From NCBI GenBank assembly GCA_017409005.1, contig JAFQTP010000002.1:249159-313158 (forward strand): DNA of 64,000 nucleotides. Direction: 5' to 3'. This document shows positions 34,761-44,150 of the stretch, piece by piece (the stretch's first letter is position 1; every line of letters starts with the position of its first letter). The stretch comes from Clostridia bacterium (GTDB lineage Bacteria > Bacillota > Clostridia > Christensenellales > UBA1242). Below the pieces are notes generated by a model. The model ran no database searches. It saw only the letters and a list, made by a program, of their open reading frames with translations, and was not told the origin of the DNA. The position numbers and the translations under genes were made by a program.

Positions 34761-35396
34761 TTATTTTGTTTGCATTCCGCTTTCGGCGCCAAGTTTTTGT
34801 TGTGTTGAATGTTGAAGTTTTCCAAATTCGGTTAAACCACGGTCTAAATCCATAAACCTGCGTTGTTTACCTTTTGAATCGGTTAAAACACTTTCAACCA
34901 CACCAATAATTGTTTTGTTTCCATGCACATCGGTGGTAAAGCCGTCCATTGGAAGTTCGGTTAAAGAAAGACTTACACTAGTTGGTTTGTTGTTTCTTGT
35001 TTCCGAGTAAACAACATTAACACCATAATTAACCGAATTAATTTCTAAAAATGTGTGTGTAGGAATGTAAACTTTGTTTGGGTCTAGTTTTGCATGTTCA
35101 AGTGCATCAATAAGCCCAGCATATGGTTCAACAGTTTCGCCAGTTTTTGGGTTGGTGCCATAGTTTAATGGCATTCTAAACACATTGCGTTCAAAAAAAT
35201 CCCATTGCCAACCAAACTCAGGGTTTTCGATTTGGCTAGATTCATATAAATCGGAACTAATTTGTTTTGCTAAGTGTTTAATAAATTTGTTGCGTTGTTC
35301 GGCACTTTCAAACGCTTTGCCACCGTTATATGCGTCTAAAGTTTTTGCTGTAACATAAGCCATGTTAAATGCTCTTGGAAAATAACTTAAATTCAT
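34761..35396 (-). CDS. hypothetical soluble protein
   Basis: 211 aa with RBS GAGGTGG. No motif recognised. Confidence 0.55.
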   Translation of the reverse strand: MNLSYFPRAFNMAYVTAKTLDAYNGGKAFESAEQRNKFIKHLAKQISSDLYESSQIENPEFGWQWDFFERNVFRMPLNYGTNPKTGETVEPYAGLIDALEHAKLDPNKVYIPTHTFLEINSVNYGVNVVYSETRNNKPTSVSLSLTELPMDGFTTDVHGNKTIIGVVESVLTDSKGKQRRFMDLDRGLTEFGKLQHSTQQKLGAESGMQTK

Positions 35397-35538
35397 TTTG
35401 CCACCTCGGTTTGTTTAATAAAATATTACACATAAAATATACCACCAAGTTGGCATTTCGTCAATACTCAATTTTTATAAAATTTGGCTTAAATGCTAAA
35501 AAGCACACCTAAACTTATGTGCTTTTGTTTGTGTTATA

Positions 35539-36393
35539 TTATCGTTTGTTTTGTGTGCCACTTTCAGTTTGTGTTTCGGCATTTATTGTGGTTGGTTCTG
35601 TTTTAGGATTATTGTTTGTTTTTGTGTTTTGTGTGGACACACTTTCGTTTAAGTTTTTAGTTTGTGTTTCTTGTTTGTTTCTGCCCAACTTTTCGCCAAG
35701 TTTAACCACAAAGTTTTCAATTTGAGGTTGATATTTAAAACTTAAATAAAATAGCGCAATTCCCACCAAAACAATAACAATCCAAACAGGAATTCCCCAA
35801 CCGCTAAACGGAATTAATAATCCACTTCCTAAAAAGCAAGTGCATGCAATTGCAATTGGACGTGTAATTAAGTTTGTGAAAAAGAAAAATTTATAGGTTA
35901 TGTTGGTTGTGGCACCAACAATTAAGCATAAAATATCGTCTGGAAACACCGGAAACAACATCATTAAAAAGAACACATATTTGCCACGGTCAAGTTTCGA
36001 TTGCCATTTTTCGGTGGTCTCAGTTCCAACAACCCAAGCAACAAGTTTTTCGCCAAAGTGTCGGCCAATCCAAAACGAAAACATGCTTGCACACATAACC
36101 GAAACAAAACTAATTAAAAGCGTAATCCATGGTCCAAACACAAGGGTTCCTGCCACAGTTGTAACAAATGCCGGAATAGGCAAAAGCGTTACTTGTAAAA
36201 ACTGGATAATAAAAAATATTGCGTAACTATACACTCCGCCGTTTAAAATTATTTGTTGTAGTTGTTCGGCATTGCTAATTTTATCTAAAGTTCCACTTAG
36301 TTTAAGTGGTAAATAAATTGCTAGGGCAATAACAACAAAAACAAGTGCAATTATTAATGTTTTATATATTTTTATTTTTGTTTCGCGTTCCAT
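35539..36393 (-). CDS. TVP38/TMEM64 (DedA-superfamily) membrane protein with low-complexity tail
   Basis: Start probably MERETKIK (ATG 36393). LLPIPAFVTTVAGTLVFGPW and FWIGRHFG blocks. The C-terminal ~55 aa are T/Q/N/K-rich. Confidence 0.7.
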   Translation of the reverse strand: MERETKIKIYKTLIIALVFVVIALAIYLPLKLSGTLDKISNAEQLQQIILNGGVYSYAIFFIIQFLQVTLLPIPAFVTTVAGTLVFGPWITLLISFVSVMCASMFSFWIGRHFGEKLVAWVVGTETTEKWQSKLDRGKYVFFLMMLFPVFPDDILCLIVGATTNITYKFFFFTNLITRPIAIACTCFLGSGLLIPFSGWGIPVWIVIVLVGIALFYLSFKYQPQIENFVVKLGEKLGRNKQETQTKNLNESVSTQNTKTNNNPKTEPTTINAETQTESGTQNKR

Positions 36394-36496
36394 ACAATAA
36401 TTATAGCACAAAAAGTTTAACATAAAAGTAAATTGCGGTTATTTTAAAAAGTTGCATATTGAACTAACCATGTTTTTATGTTAAAATATTTGTGTT

Positions 36497-37072
36497 ATGG
36501 AAAATGTTAGATTACAAGAAATTGAAAAATCAATAAAAAAATTTTCACCGCAAGCGGTTACGCAGGTTGTGTATAATAAAAAACTTGGCAAACAATTGTT
36601 GTTGGTGTTTACAAGCTCCACACACCGCAACATTATGGTGTTCGACGATTCGCATGGGTTAAACGAACTTGGTGTAATTCGTTATAGTTTGCATTCCAAT
36701 TCAATGTTTATTTCCGAATTTGAGGTGTCTGAAGCGTTGCAATGTTGTGGCGTTGGCAGAACAATTTTCGAATTTGCTGCTGCACATGCCGATGCGGTTG
36801 GTGTTAATAATTTATATGGCTATGCTAAACCAACCAATGCAATTAAAGGTGTTTCAAAACCAAATCAAAACTGCTATGCCGCCGAACTAGCGGCACTTAT
36901 TAAAATATACGAAAAACTTGGTTGTTCTTTCGATCACCCAGAAAATAAAAACACCATGGATAAAAAGTTTACACAAAGTTGGCAACCAACTCAAAAATAT
37001 TTAGCTTTGCCAGCCGAGCAACTTCAAATGTTAAAACAAGTTGTAGAAACAGAAAAACAGCGTAGATTATAA
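36497..37072 (+). CDS. GNAT-family acetyltransferase-like protein
   Basis: 191 aa. LQCCGVGRTIFEFAAAHA fits the Q/RxxGxG/A acetyl-CoA loop. Confidence 0.5.
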   Translation: MENVRLQEIEKSIKKFSPQAVTQVVYNKKLGKQLLLVFTSSTHRNIMVFDDSHGLNELGVIRYSLHSNSMFISEFEVSEALQCCGVGRTIFEFAAAHADAVGVNNLYGYAKPTNAIKGVSKPNQNCYAAELAALIKIYEKLGCSFDHPENKNTMDKKFTQSWQPTQKYLALPAEQLQMLKQVVETEKQRRL

Positions 37073-37082
37073 AGTATGTAAA

Positions 37083-37116
37083 TAAAGAGCCTAACAAATT
37101 GGCTCTTTATTTTTTA
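37083..37116 (+). terminator. intrinsic terminator
   Basis: aaagagcc ... ggctcttt hairpin plus a T-run. Confidence 0.65.
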
Positions 37117-37252
37117 TCAAGCAAATTTAGCCACTTTTTTAAAGTTTGGTTAAACATAACTAAATTTAATTTGCATTTTTAAAAGTTTGTGTGTTTGGCA
37201 ATAATTTGATATACTTACTTTAGTTGAAAAAATCAACAAAAAAGGAAAAAGT

Positions 37253-39433
37253 ATGGATATTACATTACAACTATCACAAGAGTTTGGCACAACCTTAACT
37301 CACACCACAAACATTATTAATTTAATGGACGAGGGGTGCACAATTCCTTTCATTGCAAGATATCGTAAGGAACTTACTGGCAGTGCCGACGACCAAATGC
37401 TTAAAAATTTTGAGGACCGCTTAAAATATTTAAGAAGTTTAACAAAACGTAAAGAAGAAGTTTTTAAACTTATCGACGAACAAGGCAACATGACCGACGA
37501 AATTAAAAAATCGTTAGACGAAGCCTTAACATTAACCGAAGTTGAAGATATTTATAGGCCATTCAAGCCAAAACGTAAAACTCGTGCATCGGTTGCTATT
37601 GCAAAAGGTTTGCAACCTCTTGCCGATTTTATTTTAAAACAAGCAAATCCAAAATTAGAGGAAGAAGCTGCAAAATTTGTTGACGCCGAAAAAGAAGTAA
37701 ACAGCACAGAAGAAGCAATTCAAGGTGCCAAAGATATTATTGCCGAAATGATTTCCGACAATGCAAATCTTCGTAAAATTTTGCGTGAAAAAATGGCTAA
37801 ATTTGGCGAAATTCACACAAAATTAAATCCTAAAAAAGCCGATGCTGAAGGTGCTTATGTTTATGCCGATGTTTATGCTGCATATAAAGCAAAAATTAAA
37901 GATACTCCAAGTTTTAGAATTTTAGCAATTAATCGTGGCGAAAAAGAAGACTTTTTAAAAGTTAGCCTAGAACTTAACGAAGAAGACGCCTTAAAAGAAA
38001 TTCATAAAATGTTTATTTTAAAAAATAGCTGTTTTGAAGAACTTTTAAAAGAGGTTTGCCTAGATAGCTATAAACGTTTAATTTTTGATAGCATCGAGCG
38101 TGAAATTAGAAACGACCTAACAACTGCAGCAAACGAACAAGCAATTAAAATGTTTGGTGTTAATTTACGTCCGCTTCTTATGCAAGCACCACTTAAAGGT
38201 AAAGTTATTTTGGGCTTAGACCCTGCATACAGAACTGGTTGTAAAATTGCAGTTATTAACGAACTTGGTGCGGTTTTAGATACAACTGTTATTTATCCAA
38301 CACCTCCACAAAACAAAATTGCCGAGGCCGAAGATAGGCTTACAATGCTTATTGAAAAACACGATGTAGATGTTATTTCAATAGGTAACGGAACTGCAAC
38401 TAAAGAAAGTGAAATTTTTGTTGCTAACCTAATTAAAAAACTAAACCGCAAAGTTGCCTATGCCGTTGTAAACGAGGCTGGTGCTTCAGTTTATTCGGCA
38501 AGCAAACTTGGGGCTCAAGAGTTCCCGGATTTCGACGTTGCACTTCGTAGTGCAGTTTCAATTGCTCGTAGGTTACAAGACCCTCTTGCCGAGCTTATTA
38601 AAATTGATGTTAAATCAATTGGCGTTGGGCAATATCAACACGATATGCCTCAAGCAAGGCTTAGCGAAGTGTTAGATGGCGTTGTTGAAAGTTGCGTTAA
38701 CAGCGTTGGCGTAGACGTTAACACCGCAAGTGCAAGTTTGTTATCGCACGTTGCAGGTTTAAATAGTTCAATTGCTAAAAACATTGAAGCATATAGGCAC
38801 GAAAAGGGCACAATAAATTCTCGTGAGGAACTTAAAAAAGTGCCTAAATTAGGCGCAAAAGCGTTTGAACAATGTGCTGGTTTCTTGCGTGTAACAAACT
38901 CTAAAAACATTTTAGATAATACCGGTGTGCACCCAGAGGCATATGAGGCAACACATAGGTTACTTAAATATTTTAATTTGTCTGAATCCGACATTAAAAA
39001 TGGCAACCTAGAACTTTTACCTAAACTTGTTGAAAAAGAGGGCGTTGAAAAAGTTGCAAACACAATTAACATCGGTGTTCCAACTTTAACCGACATTGTT
39101 AACGAACTATTAAAACCGGGTCGCGATGTTCGTGACGAACTTCCTAAACCAGTTTTAAAAAGCGAGCTACTTTCAATTGAAGACCTAAAACCAGGAATGG
39201 TTTTAACAGGTATTGTTCGTAATGTTATTGACTTTGGTGTGTTTGTAGATATTTCGGTGCATCAAGATGGTTTGGTTCATATTTCCGAAATTAGCAAAGA
39301 CTTTATTAAACATCCATCAGAAGTTTTAAAAGTTGGCGATGTTGTTAATGTTAAAGTTTTAAATGTTGATGTTAACAAAAAACGTATTAGCTTAACCATT
39401 AAAGGTTGCGATAAAGCACCAGACGAAGAATAG
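37253..39433 (+). CDS. tex: Tex-like transcription accessory protein (S1 domain)
   Basis: 726 aa. IPFIARYRKELTG near the N-terminus, a YqgF-like region and a C-terminal S1 domain (GMVLTGIVRNVIDFGVFVDI). Confidence 0.9.
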   Translation: MDITLQLSQEFGTTLTHTTNIINLMDEGCTIPFIARYRKELTGSADDQMLKNFEDRLKYLRSLTKRKEEVFKLIDEQGNMTDEIKKSLDEALTLTEVEDIYRPFKPKRKTRASVAIAKGLQPLADFILKQANPKLEEEAAKFVDAEKEVNSTEEAIQGAKDIIAEMISDNANLRKILREKMAKFGEIHTKLNPKKADAEGAYVYADVYAAYKAKIKDTPSFRILAINRGEKEDFLKVSLELNEEDALKEIHKMFILKNSCFEELLKEVCLDSYKRLIFDSIEREIRNDLTTAANEQAIKMFGVNLRPLLMQAPLKGKVILGLDPAYRTGCKIAVINELGAVLDTTVIYPTPPQNKIAEAEDRLTMLIEKHDVDVISIGNGTATKESEIFVANLIKKLNRKVAYAVVNEAGASVYSASKLGAQEFPDFDVALRSAVSIARRLQDPLAELIKIDVKSIGVGQYQHDMPQARLSEVLDGVVESCVNSVGVDVNTASASLLSHVAGLNSSIAKNIEAYRHEKGTINSREELKKVPKLGAKAFEQCAGFLRVTNSKNILDNTGVHPEAYEATHRLLKYFNLSESDIKNGNLELLPKLVEKEGVEKVANTINIGVPTLTDIVNELLKPGRDVRDELPKPVLKSELLSIEDLKPGMVLTGIVRNVIDFGVFVDISVHQDGLVHISEISKDFIKHPSEVLKVGDVVNVKVLNVDVNKKRISLTIKGCDKAPDEE

Positions 39434-39467
39434 TTTGTTTACTATTTAAAACTCTATATAAAAAAAT

Positions 39468-39500
39468 AAAAGCAGATAGAATTTCTATCTGCTTTTTGTT
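39468..39500. terminator. bidirectional intrinsic terminator
   Basis: aagcagataga-att-tctatctgctt hairpin with flanking A and T runs. Confidence 0.75.
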
Positions 39501-39518
39501 TTTGTTTAATAATTTTAA

Positions 39519-39974
39519 TTATTTTGCTTCCATTCCAGTGTCAGTTTTAGGTAAATTAATGCTTGTGCAGTTTAAATATACTGGCTCGATTCTGGAATTA
39601 TATTCAAAGTGTTTTTTATCAACTGCAGCTTTAAGTTTTCTGCCTGTGATAAGTTGTTCGGCAGAAAGTCCGCTTGATAAAAGTTTGTTTGCTTTTTTGT
39701 TGAAACGATTATATTCATATTCTAATAGTTGAATTGCTTGCTCAGCCCACTCATACTTTGTGTGTGATTGTTCGTATTTAATAGTGTTTTGTGTGCCTCT
39801 GTTATCAATTACATATTGAAGTTTTTTGCAAATTTCATCAACTGCATTATCTCTAAAATTTTCGTTGGTGCCATCTAGCATTTGTTCGCATAATGCTTTT
39901 AATTTGATAAAGTTTACGTCTGATTTACTTTTTTTACCTAAAACAAATTGTTTAAATTTTTCTGATAATTTCAT
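39519..39974 (-). CDS. orphan helical protein A (LPKTD motif)
   Basis: 151 aa. N-terminus MKLSEKFKQFVLGKKSK and LPKTD at residues 141-145. It follows gene B by 21 nt. Confidence 0.6.
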   Translation of the reverse strand: MKLSEKFKQFVLGKKSKSDVNFIKLKALCEQMLDGTNENFRDNAVDEICKKLQYVIDNRGTQNTIKYEQSHTKYEWAEQAIQLLEYEYNRFNKKANKLLSSGLSAEQLITGRKLKAAVDKKHFEYNSRIEPVYLNCTSINLPKTDTGMEAK

Positions 39975-39995
39975 AAATTTTCCTTTTATATGTTA

Positions 39996-40673
39996 TTATT
40001 TTTTTAAGGCAGCATTTCTTGCTGCTTCCATTTCGGCTTGAACTTGTTTTGCTTGGTCGTCGCGAGCATAATAACTTTTTGTTTCAACACACAAAGTTTT
40101 GTGTGCTGGTTGCATTTGTGTAATGTATAAAGCATACTTTTGGTCGATTGCTTGTTTTGTTGCTGTAATACGTTCAAGTTGTTCTTTAATAATTTGAGCG
40201 GTGTCGTCGGTTATAATAAAATGATTTTGGCTTAAAACAAGCTTTTTAATTTGCTCAAATGTTTCGCAAAACTTAGCATATTCTGCACACATTTTTGCAA
40301 TGTATCCTTTTGCTTGTTCTGGGTTGGTTCCGCAGGTGCGTTCAATTCTTGAAATCATGTTGTCAAATTCTTCTAAAAAAGCAACACCGGTAATTCCTTT
40401 AATTTCGCATTCAATATTAAAGCGTTTAAATTTTGTTTTGTTATCTGGTTCGTATTTTGCGTAGTTTGCAACACGTTCCATGTTTCCTCTAACGCAAAGG
40501 TCAAAATTTCCATCGCTTAAATATTTTACTTCGCCAGCTAAAATTTGTTCGCCTAAAGTTTCAAAACGCACAACCTCTGCCTCAATTGTTTTGGTTCTTT
40601 TTTTAGAAGGTTGTAACGATTTTTTAAAAGATTCCATGGCTTTAACTAGCGGATTCTTTTTATCTAATGCCAT
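39996..40673 (-). CDS. orphan helical protein B
   Basis: 225 aa. Basic N-terminus LVKAMESFKKSLQPSKKRTK. Near-consensus promoter upstream. Confidence 0.6.
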   Translation of the reverse strand: MALDKKNPLVKAMESFKKSLQPSKKRTKTIEAEVVRFETLGEQILAGEVKYLSDGNFDLCVRGNMERVANYAKYEPDNKTKFKRFNIECEIKGITGVAFLEEFDNMISRIERTCGTNPEQAKGYIAKMCAEYAKFCETFEQIKKLVLSQNHFIITDDTAQIIKEQLERITATKQAIDQKYALYITQMQPAHKTLCVETKSYYARDDQAKQVQAEMEAARNAALKK

Positions 40674-40703
40674 AAATACCTCGCATTTTTTATTTGCCTA
40701 ATA

Positions 40704-40732
40704 ATTATATCATGCTTAACCGCAAAATGCAA
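40704..40732 (-). promoter_or_regulatory. promoter of genes B-A
   Basis: Minus strand: TTGCAT, 17-nt spacer, TATAAT. Confidence 0.6.
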
Positions 40733-40814
40733 TACCCAACTTTAAAAATGCCTTTATTTGGTGCTTTTTTGTGTGGATTTGGGCTTATGGTTTGTTTTGG
40801 TGCTTAAAAATTTA

Positions 40815-40847
40815 AAACAAAAAACAGGCTGTTTGCCTGTTTTTTTA
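40815..40847 (-). terminator. intrinsic terminator after gene C
   Basis: acaggc/gcctgt hairpin with a T-run on the minus strand. Confidence 0.6.
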
Positions 40848-40853
40848 GTATAA

Positions 40854-41318
40854 TTATTTTTTTAACTCAGCGGTTTGAGGTGCCACAGCTACGGCTTGAG
40901 GTGTTTCTTTTTTCGCACCTGTTTCTGCTGCTAAAACTTGAGAATAGTAATCAATGTGTTTAGCAACAATTTTGTCGTTTAATTCTTGAATTTGTTGTCC
41001 TAGTGTTGAACTGTCTTTTTTGGTGTGAGTTAAATAAAAGTCAAAAATTTCTGCTGCTTCTTTTTGTGCTTCGGTTAATTTAGCCATTTCAATATAGAAT
41101 GCTGTTCTTAAAACCGAAAAAGAGTCGTTATCGTGTTTTGTTTTAATGCCATCTAGGTTTGAAGCAACTGTGTGTAAATCGGTTGCCATTTCAACTAATT
41201 TAGCAACATTTTCGTCGTTAGCATAGGTATTTTTGCCCGCTTCAATTTCTGCAAGTCTATCTCTAACTGTTTGTTGGTTTAAATATTTTGCCATTTTAAA
41301 AAAATTAACAATTCCCAT
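40854..41318 (-). CDS. orphan helical protein C
   Basis: 154 aa. N-terminus MGIVNFFKMAKYL, with RBS GGAGGAA. Confidence 0.6.
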   Translation of the reverse strand: MGIVNFFKMAKYLNQQTVRDRLAEIEAGKNTYANDENVAKLVEMATDLHTVASNLDGIKTKHDNDSFSVLRTAFYIEMAKLTEAQKEAAEIFDFYLTHTKKDSSTLGQQIQELNDKIVAKHIDYYSQVLAAETGAKKETPQAVAVAPQTAELKK

Positions 41319-41359
41319 TTTAATTCCTCCGCGAATATATATTATCTCTTACAACTATT

Positions 41360-41388
41360 ATTATATCATAAGTTAACGCTTTTTTCAA
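41360..41388 (-). promoter_or_regulatory. promoter of gene C
   Basis: Minus strand: TTGAAA, 17-nt spacer, TATAAT. Confidence 0.6.
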
Positions 41389-41397
41389 TAATGAATA

Positions 41398-41973
41398 TTA
41401 TTTATTTGGTGTTGGAGCAGTTGTTTGTGTGTTCTGTGCTTCTAAACTTTTAATTTTTGCAATTCTTGCTTTTAACAAAACAGGAGTTAGTGCTGAAAAT
41501 CTATCTAAATATTTATCTTTAGCCTCTAAAACTTGTTTGTGTGTGTAAGCAATGCTATCTAAAAGTGCAGTTCTGTCGGTTTTAGGCAAATGTTTTTGTT
41601 TTTTAACATATTCAACTGCGGCAGTATGGCTAGGCACATAGTGTGTTTCATAAGACGAAACAACTTTGTCTTCATTTTCTTCAACTTTATAATATGTTTC
41701 ACTAAAAACATCTGCAACTTCGCCTTCGCGTTTTAGTGGAACCATTTCCATGATTTTGCCATTAACATATTCTTTAACTTCACCAAACCAAGATTCGCTA
41801 AAATAACTAATATCGCCAGTTAAATTAATAATAGCATTTGCTTTTGATGTGTAGGTGTGTTTAATATGTTTTTGAACTTCTTCGTAAGTTGGCTGATATT
41901 TTTTGCTGAACACTTTAACTAATTTTGCTTTTGTTCCTTGTTTTAATTCTTTAAATTTTTCAACTAATCCCAT
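41398..41973 (-). CDS. orphan protein D (LPKTD motif)
   Basis: 191 aa. N-terminus MGLVEKFKELKQGTKAK and LPKTD at residues 129-133, with RBS GAGGTGG. Confidence 0.6.
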   Translation of the reverse strand: MGLVEKFKELKQGTKAKLVKVFSKKYQPTYEEVQKHIKHTYTSKANAIINLTGDISYFSESWFGEVKEYVNGKIMEMVPLKREGEVADVFSETYYKVEENEDKVVSSYETHYVPSHTAAVEYVKKQKHLPKTDRTALLDSIAYTHKQVLEAKDKYLDRFSALTPVLLKARIAKIKSLEAQNTQTTAPTPNK

Positions 41974-42006
41974 AGTGCCACCTCAATTTTTTATTTTTGC
42001 ACATTT

Positions 42007-42035
42007 AATGTAACACACATTTTTAACAATTTCAA
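42007..42035 (-). promoter_or_regulatory. promoter of gene D
   Basis: Minus strand: TTGAAA, 17-nt spacer, TACATT. It shares the 14-mer atttcaatagcaaa with the gene E promoter. Confidence 0.5.
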
Positions 42036-42099
42036 TAGCAAATTTTTATAAAATTAATAAAATATTAAAAATGTTAGGTGTAATTGCCAAACACAAAAG

Positions 42100-42138
42100 T
42101 AAAAAAAAACAAAAAGCAGACTTAAAAAATCTGCTTTT
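42100..42138 (-). terminator. intrinsic terminator after gene E
   Basis: agcaga/tctgct hairpin followed by a long T-run on the minus strand. Confidence 0.6.
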
Positions 42139-42142
42139 AATT

Positions 42143-42673
42143 TTAACGTTTGCTTGGTGTGGTTACTTGTGTAATTAACGCTTCAATTTGGTTGTGGTTA
42201 GAATATTGTGCGTCAAGTTTATCAAAGCTAGCTTTTTCTGCTAACACAAGTGCGTGATATCTTTTTGCTGCTTTCTTTTGAGTGGAGGTTGCTTTTGAAG
42301 CCATAAATTCTGCAAACATTGTTTGCTCGCGTGAAAATAGTGTTCTAATTGCAATAATATCTAGGTCAGCAACATCTAGGCGACTTCTAATATATGATGG
42401 GCTCCATTTAATGTTTCCGGCTTTAATAACTCTAACACAGTCTTCATGAATTGCAGGAATTTCAGCTATTGCTTCCTTATATGTTTTTTCACTTGGTGCA
42501 TCAATTTCAATGGTTCCATCGGCAATGCCTTCAGCTAAAGTAATATAGTCGTCGGTTAAAACCGCTTTAATAAAATCTTGTTTAATTGTTTCGCCATCAG
42601 TTTTAGGTAAAACCTCTGGTGTTGTATCTTTTCTTTTTGCTTCTTCAATCATTTCAGGTGTTAATTTTGCCAT
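42143..42673 (-). CDS. orphan protein E (LPKTD motif)
   Basis: Start trimmed to MAKLTPEM (ATG 42673) behind AGAGAGGT. 176 aa with LPKTD at residues 22-26. Confidence 0.6.
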   Translation of the reverse strand: MAKLTPEMIEEAKRKDTTPEVLPKTDGETIKQDFIKAVLTDDYITLAEGIADGTIEIDAPSEKTYKEAIAEIPAIHEDCVRVIKAGNIKWSPSYIRSRLDVADLDIIAIRTLFSREQTMFAEFMASKATSTQKKAAKRYHALVLAEKASFDKLDAQYSNHNQIEALITQVTTPSKR

Positions 42674-42701
42674 AAACTTTACCTCTCTTTTTAACAAAAT
42701 T

Positions 42702-42730
42702 ATTTTAACATATTATATCTATCATTTCAA
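42702..42730 (-). promoter_or_regulatory. promoter of gene E
   Basis: Minus strand: TTGAAA, 17-nt spacer, TAAAAT. Confidence 0.5.
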
Positions 42731-42792
42731 TAGCAAAACAAAAAAGTAATAAAAAAGTTTAAGCTTTTGGTTTGCTTAAACTTAATTTAGCA

Positions 42793-43284
42793 TTAATCAA
42801 TTCTGCCAGTTAATTCGCCAAACTCTTTAAGTTCAAAAAATTTATTTTGTCTTAGTGCCTCATAAACAATAATTGCAACTGAGTTCGATAAATTTAAACT
42901 TCTGGCATCATTAATCATAGGTATGCGTATGCAGGTTTCGTAGTGTTGTTTTAACAAACTTTCACGCAAGCCAAAACTTTCTTTACCAAACACAATAAAA
43001 CAATCGTTAGGGTAGTTAACTTCGGTATAGGTGTGTTTGCTTTTTGTGCTTGCAAAATAAAATGTTTTATCTTTGTTTTGTTCATACACTTGTTCAAAAC
43101 TATCAACCACTTCAACGTTTGCTAGGTCGAAGTAGTCAAGTCCTGCACGTTTAAAATGTTTATCATCTAACAAAAATCCTAGTGGCTTTACTAAATATAG
43201 TTTGCAACCTGTGGCGGCGCAAGTTCTAATAATGTTGCCAGCATTTTGCGGTATTTCTGGTTCTACAAGTACAACTGAAATCAT
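42793..43284 (-). CDS. trmL: tRNA (cytidine/uridine-34 2'-O)-methyltransferase, SpoU/TrmL type
   Basis: 163 aa. EPEIPQNAGNIIRTCAATG and LNLSNSVAIIVYEALRQ blocks. Confidence 0.85.
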   Translation of the reverse strand: MISVVLVEPEIPQNAGNIIRTCAATGCKLYLVKPLGFLLDDKHFKRAGLDYFDLANVEVVDSFEQVYEQNKDKTFYFASTKSKHTYTEVNYPNDCFIVFGKESFGLRESLLKQHYETCIRIPMINDARSLNLSNSVAIIVYEALRQNKFFELKEFGELTGRID

Positions 43285-43347
43285 AATTAAATTTTCCTTA
43301 TGTTTTTATTTTACTTTAAAAATGCCGAAAAGTTTCGGCATTAAATT

Positions 43348-43533
43348 TTACCAATCGTATGGTCCATTGTTGTGTGTTTTAACATCGTCGTAATATTCAA
43401 AATATTTTGCTTTAAATCTTGCTGCCTCGGAGTTTTGTTTTGTTTTGTTTGCTTTTGGCTTTAAGGTTTTAGGTTTTTGTGGTGGTTGCGGTGTAACTGA
43501 GTTTTTGTTTTGCTTATTGTTAGTTTCTGTCAT
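43348..43533 (-). CDS. small basic low-complexity protein (uncertain)
   Basis: 61-aa ORF. K/P/Q/N-rich, ending YFEYYDDVKTHNNGPYDW. No clear RBS. Confidence 0.35.
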   Translation of the reverse strand: MTETNNKQNKNSVTPQPPQKPKTLKPKANKTKQNSEAARFKAKYFEYYDDVKTHNNGPYDW

Positions 43534-43543
43534 AAACCACCCA

Positions 43544-44137
43544 CTATTTTGACATATTTAGTTTATTTAATAAATCTTTAATTGCTCTGCCACGGTGCGA
43601 AACCGAATTTTTTTCTTCAGCAGTTGCAAGCCCAAAACACTTGTTTAACTCGGTTGAGTGAAACAAACAATCATAGCCAAAACTGGTGTCGCCAACTTCT
43701 TTAGTTAAAATGGTTCCGTTAACTTCGCCTTTACCAACAATTGTTTCTCCGTTTGGTTTTTGTAAAGTTATAACACAAACAAACTTTGCATTTCTATTAA
43801 TTTTGCCCTCTAGGTTTTTAAGTAAAAAATCGCGGTTTTGTTGGTCGTTGTGGTTTCCTCCATAACGTGCACTATAAACACCAGGCTCGCCATTAAGTGC
43901 CTCCACGCAAAGTCCGCTGTCGTCGGCCATAACCATATAGTTTAAGTTTTTACTTTTTAAAAAGTTTGAAATAGCAGTTGTTTTAATTTTTGAGTTTTCT
44001 TCAAAAGTTGTGCCGTCTTCAATAATATCTTCATTAAAACCAATTTCTTTCATTGGAACAACTTCGTAAGTGTTAAAAATTTCTTTAAACTCTTTAATTT
44101 TGTGTGCGTTGTTGCTAGCTAAAATAATTTTTTCCAT
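43544..44137 (-). CDS. rdgB: XTP/dITP diphosphatase (RdgB/HAM1)
   Basis: Start trimmed to MEKIILASNNAHKIKEF (ATG 44137). EDGTTFEENS, ADDSGL and GFGYDCLF blocks. Confidence 0.85.
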   Translation of the reverse strand: MEKIILASNNAHKIKEFKEIFNTYEVVPMKEIGFNEDIIEDGTTFEENSKIKTTAISNFLKSKNLNYMVMADDSGLCVEALNGEPGVYSARYGGNHNDQQNRDFLLKNLEGKINRNAKFVCVITLQKPNGETIVGKGEVNGTILTKEVGDTSFGYDCLFHSTELNKCFGLATAEEKNSVSHRGRAIKDLLNKLNMSK

Positions 44138-44150
44138 AAATAAAAATCCT

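Noticed and set aside
35540-35700. GT-rich, repeat-looking stretch that resembles a degenerate tandem array
   Set aside because: It is the reverse complement of the T/Q/N/K-rich low-complexity C-terminal tail of the TVP38/DedA gene. It is in frame and continuous with the ORF, and has no regular repeat unit or spacer structure.
39519-42673. LPKTD read as a sortase LPXTG sorting signal
   Set aside because: None of the three proteins has an N-terminal signal peptide. None has the hydrophobic segment plus basic tail that must follow a sorting signal. In two of them the motif is internal or N-terminal.
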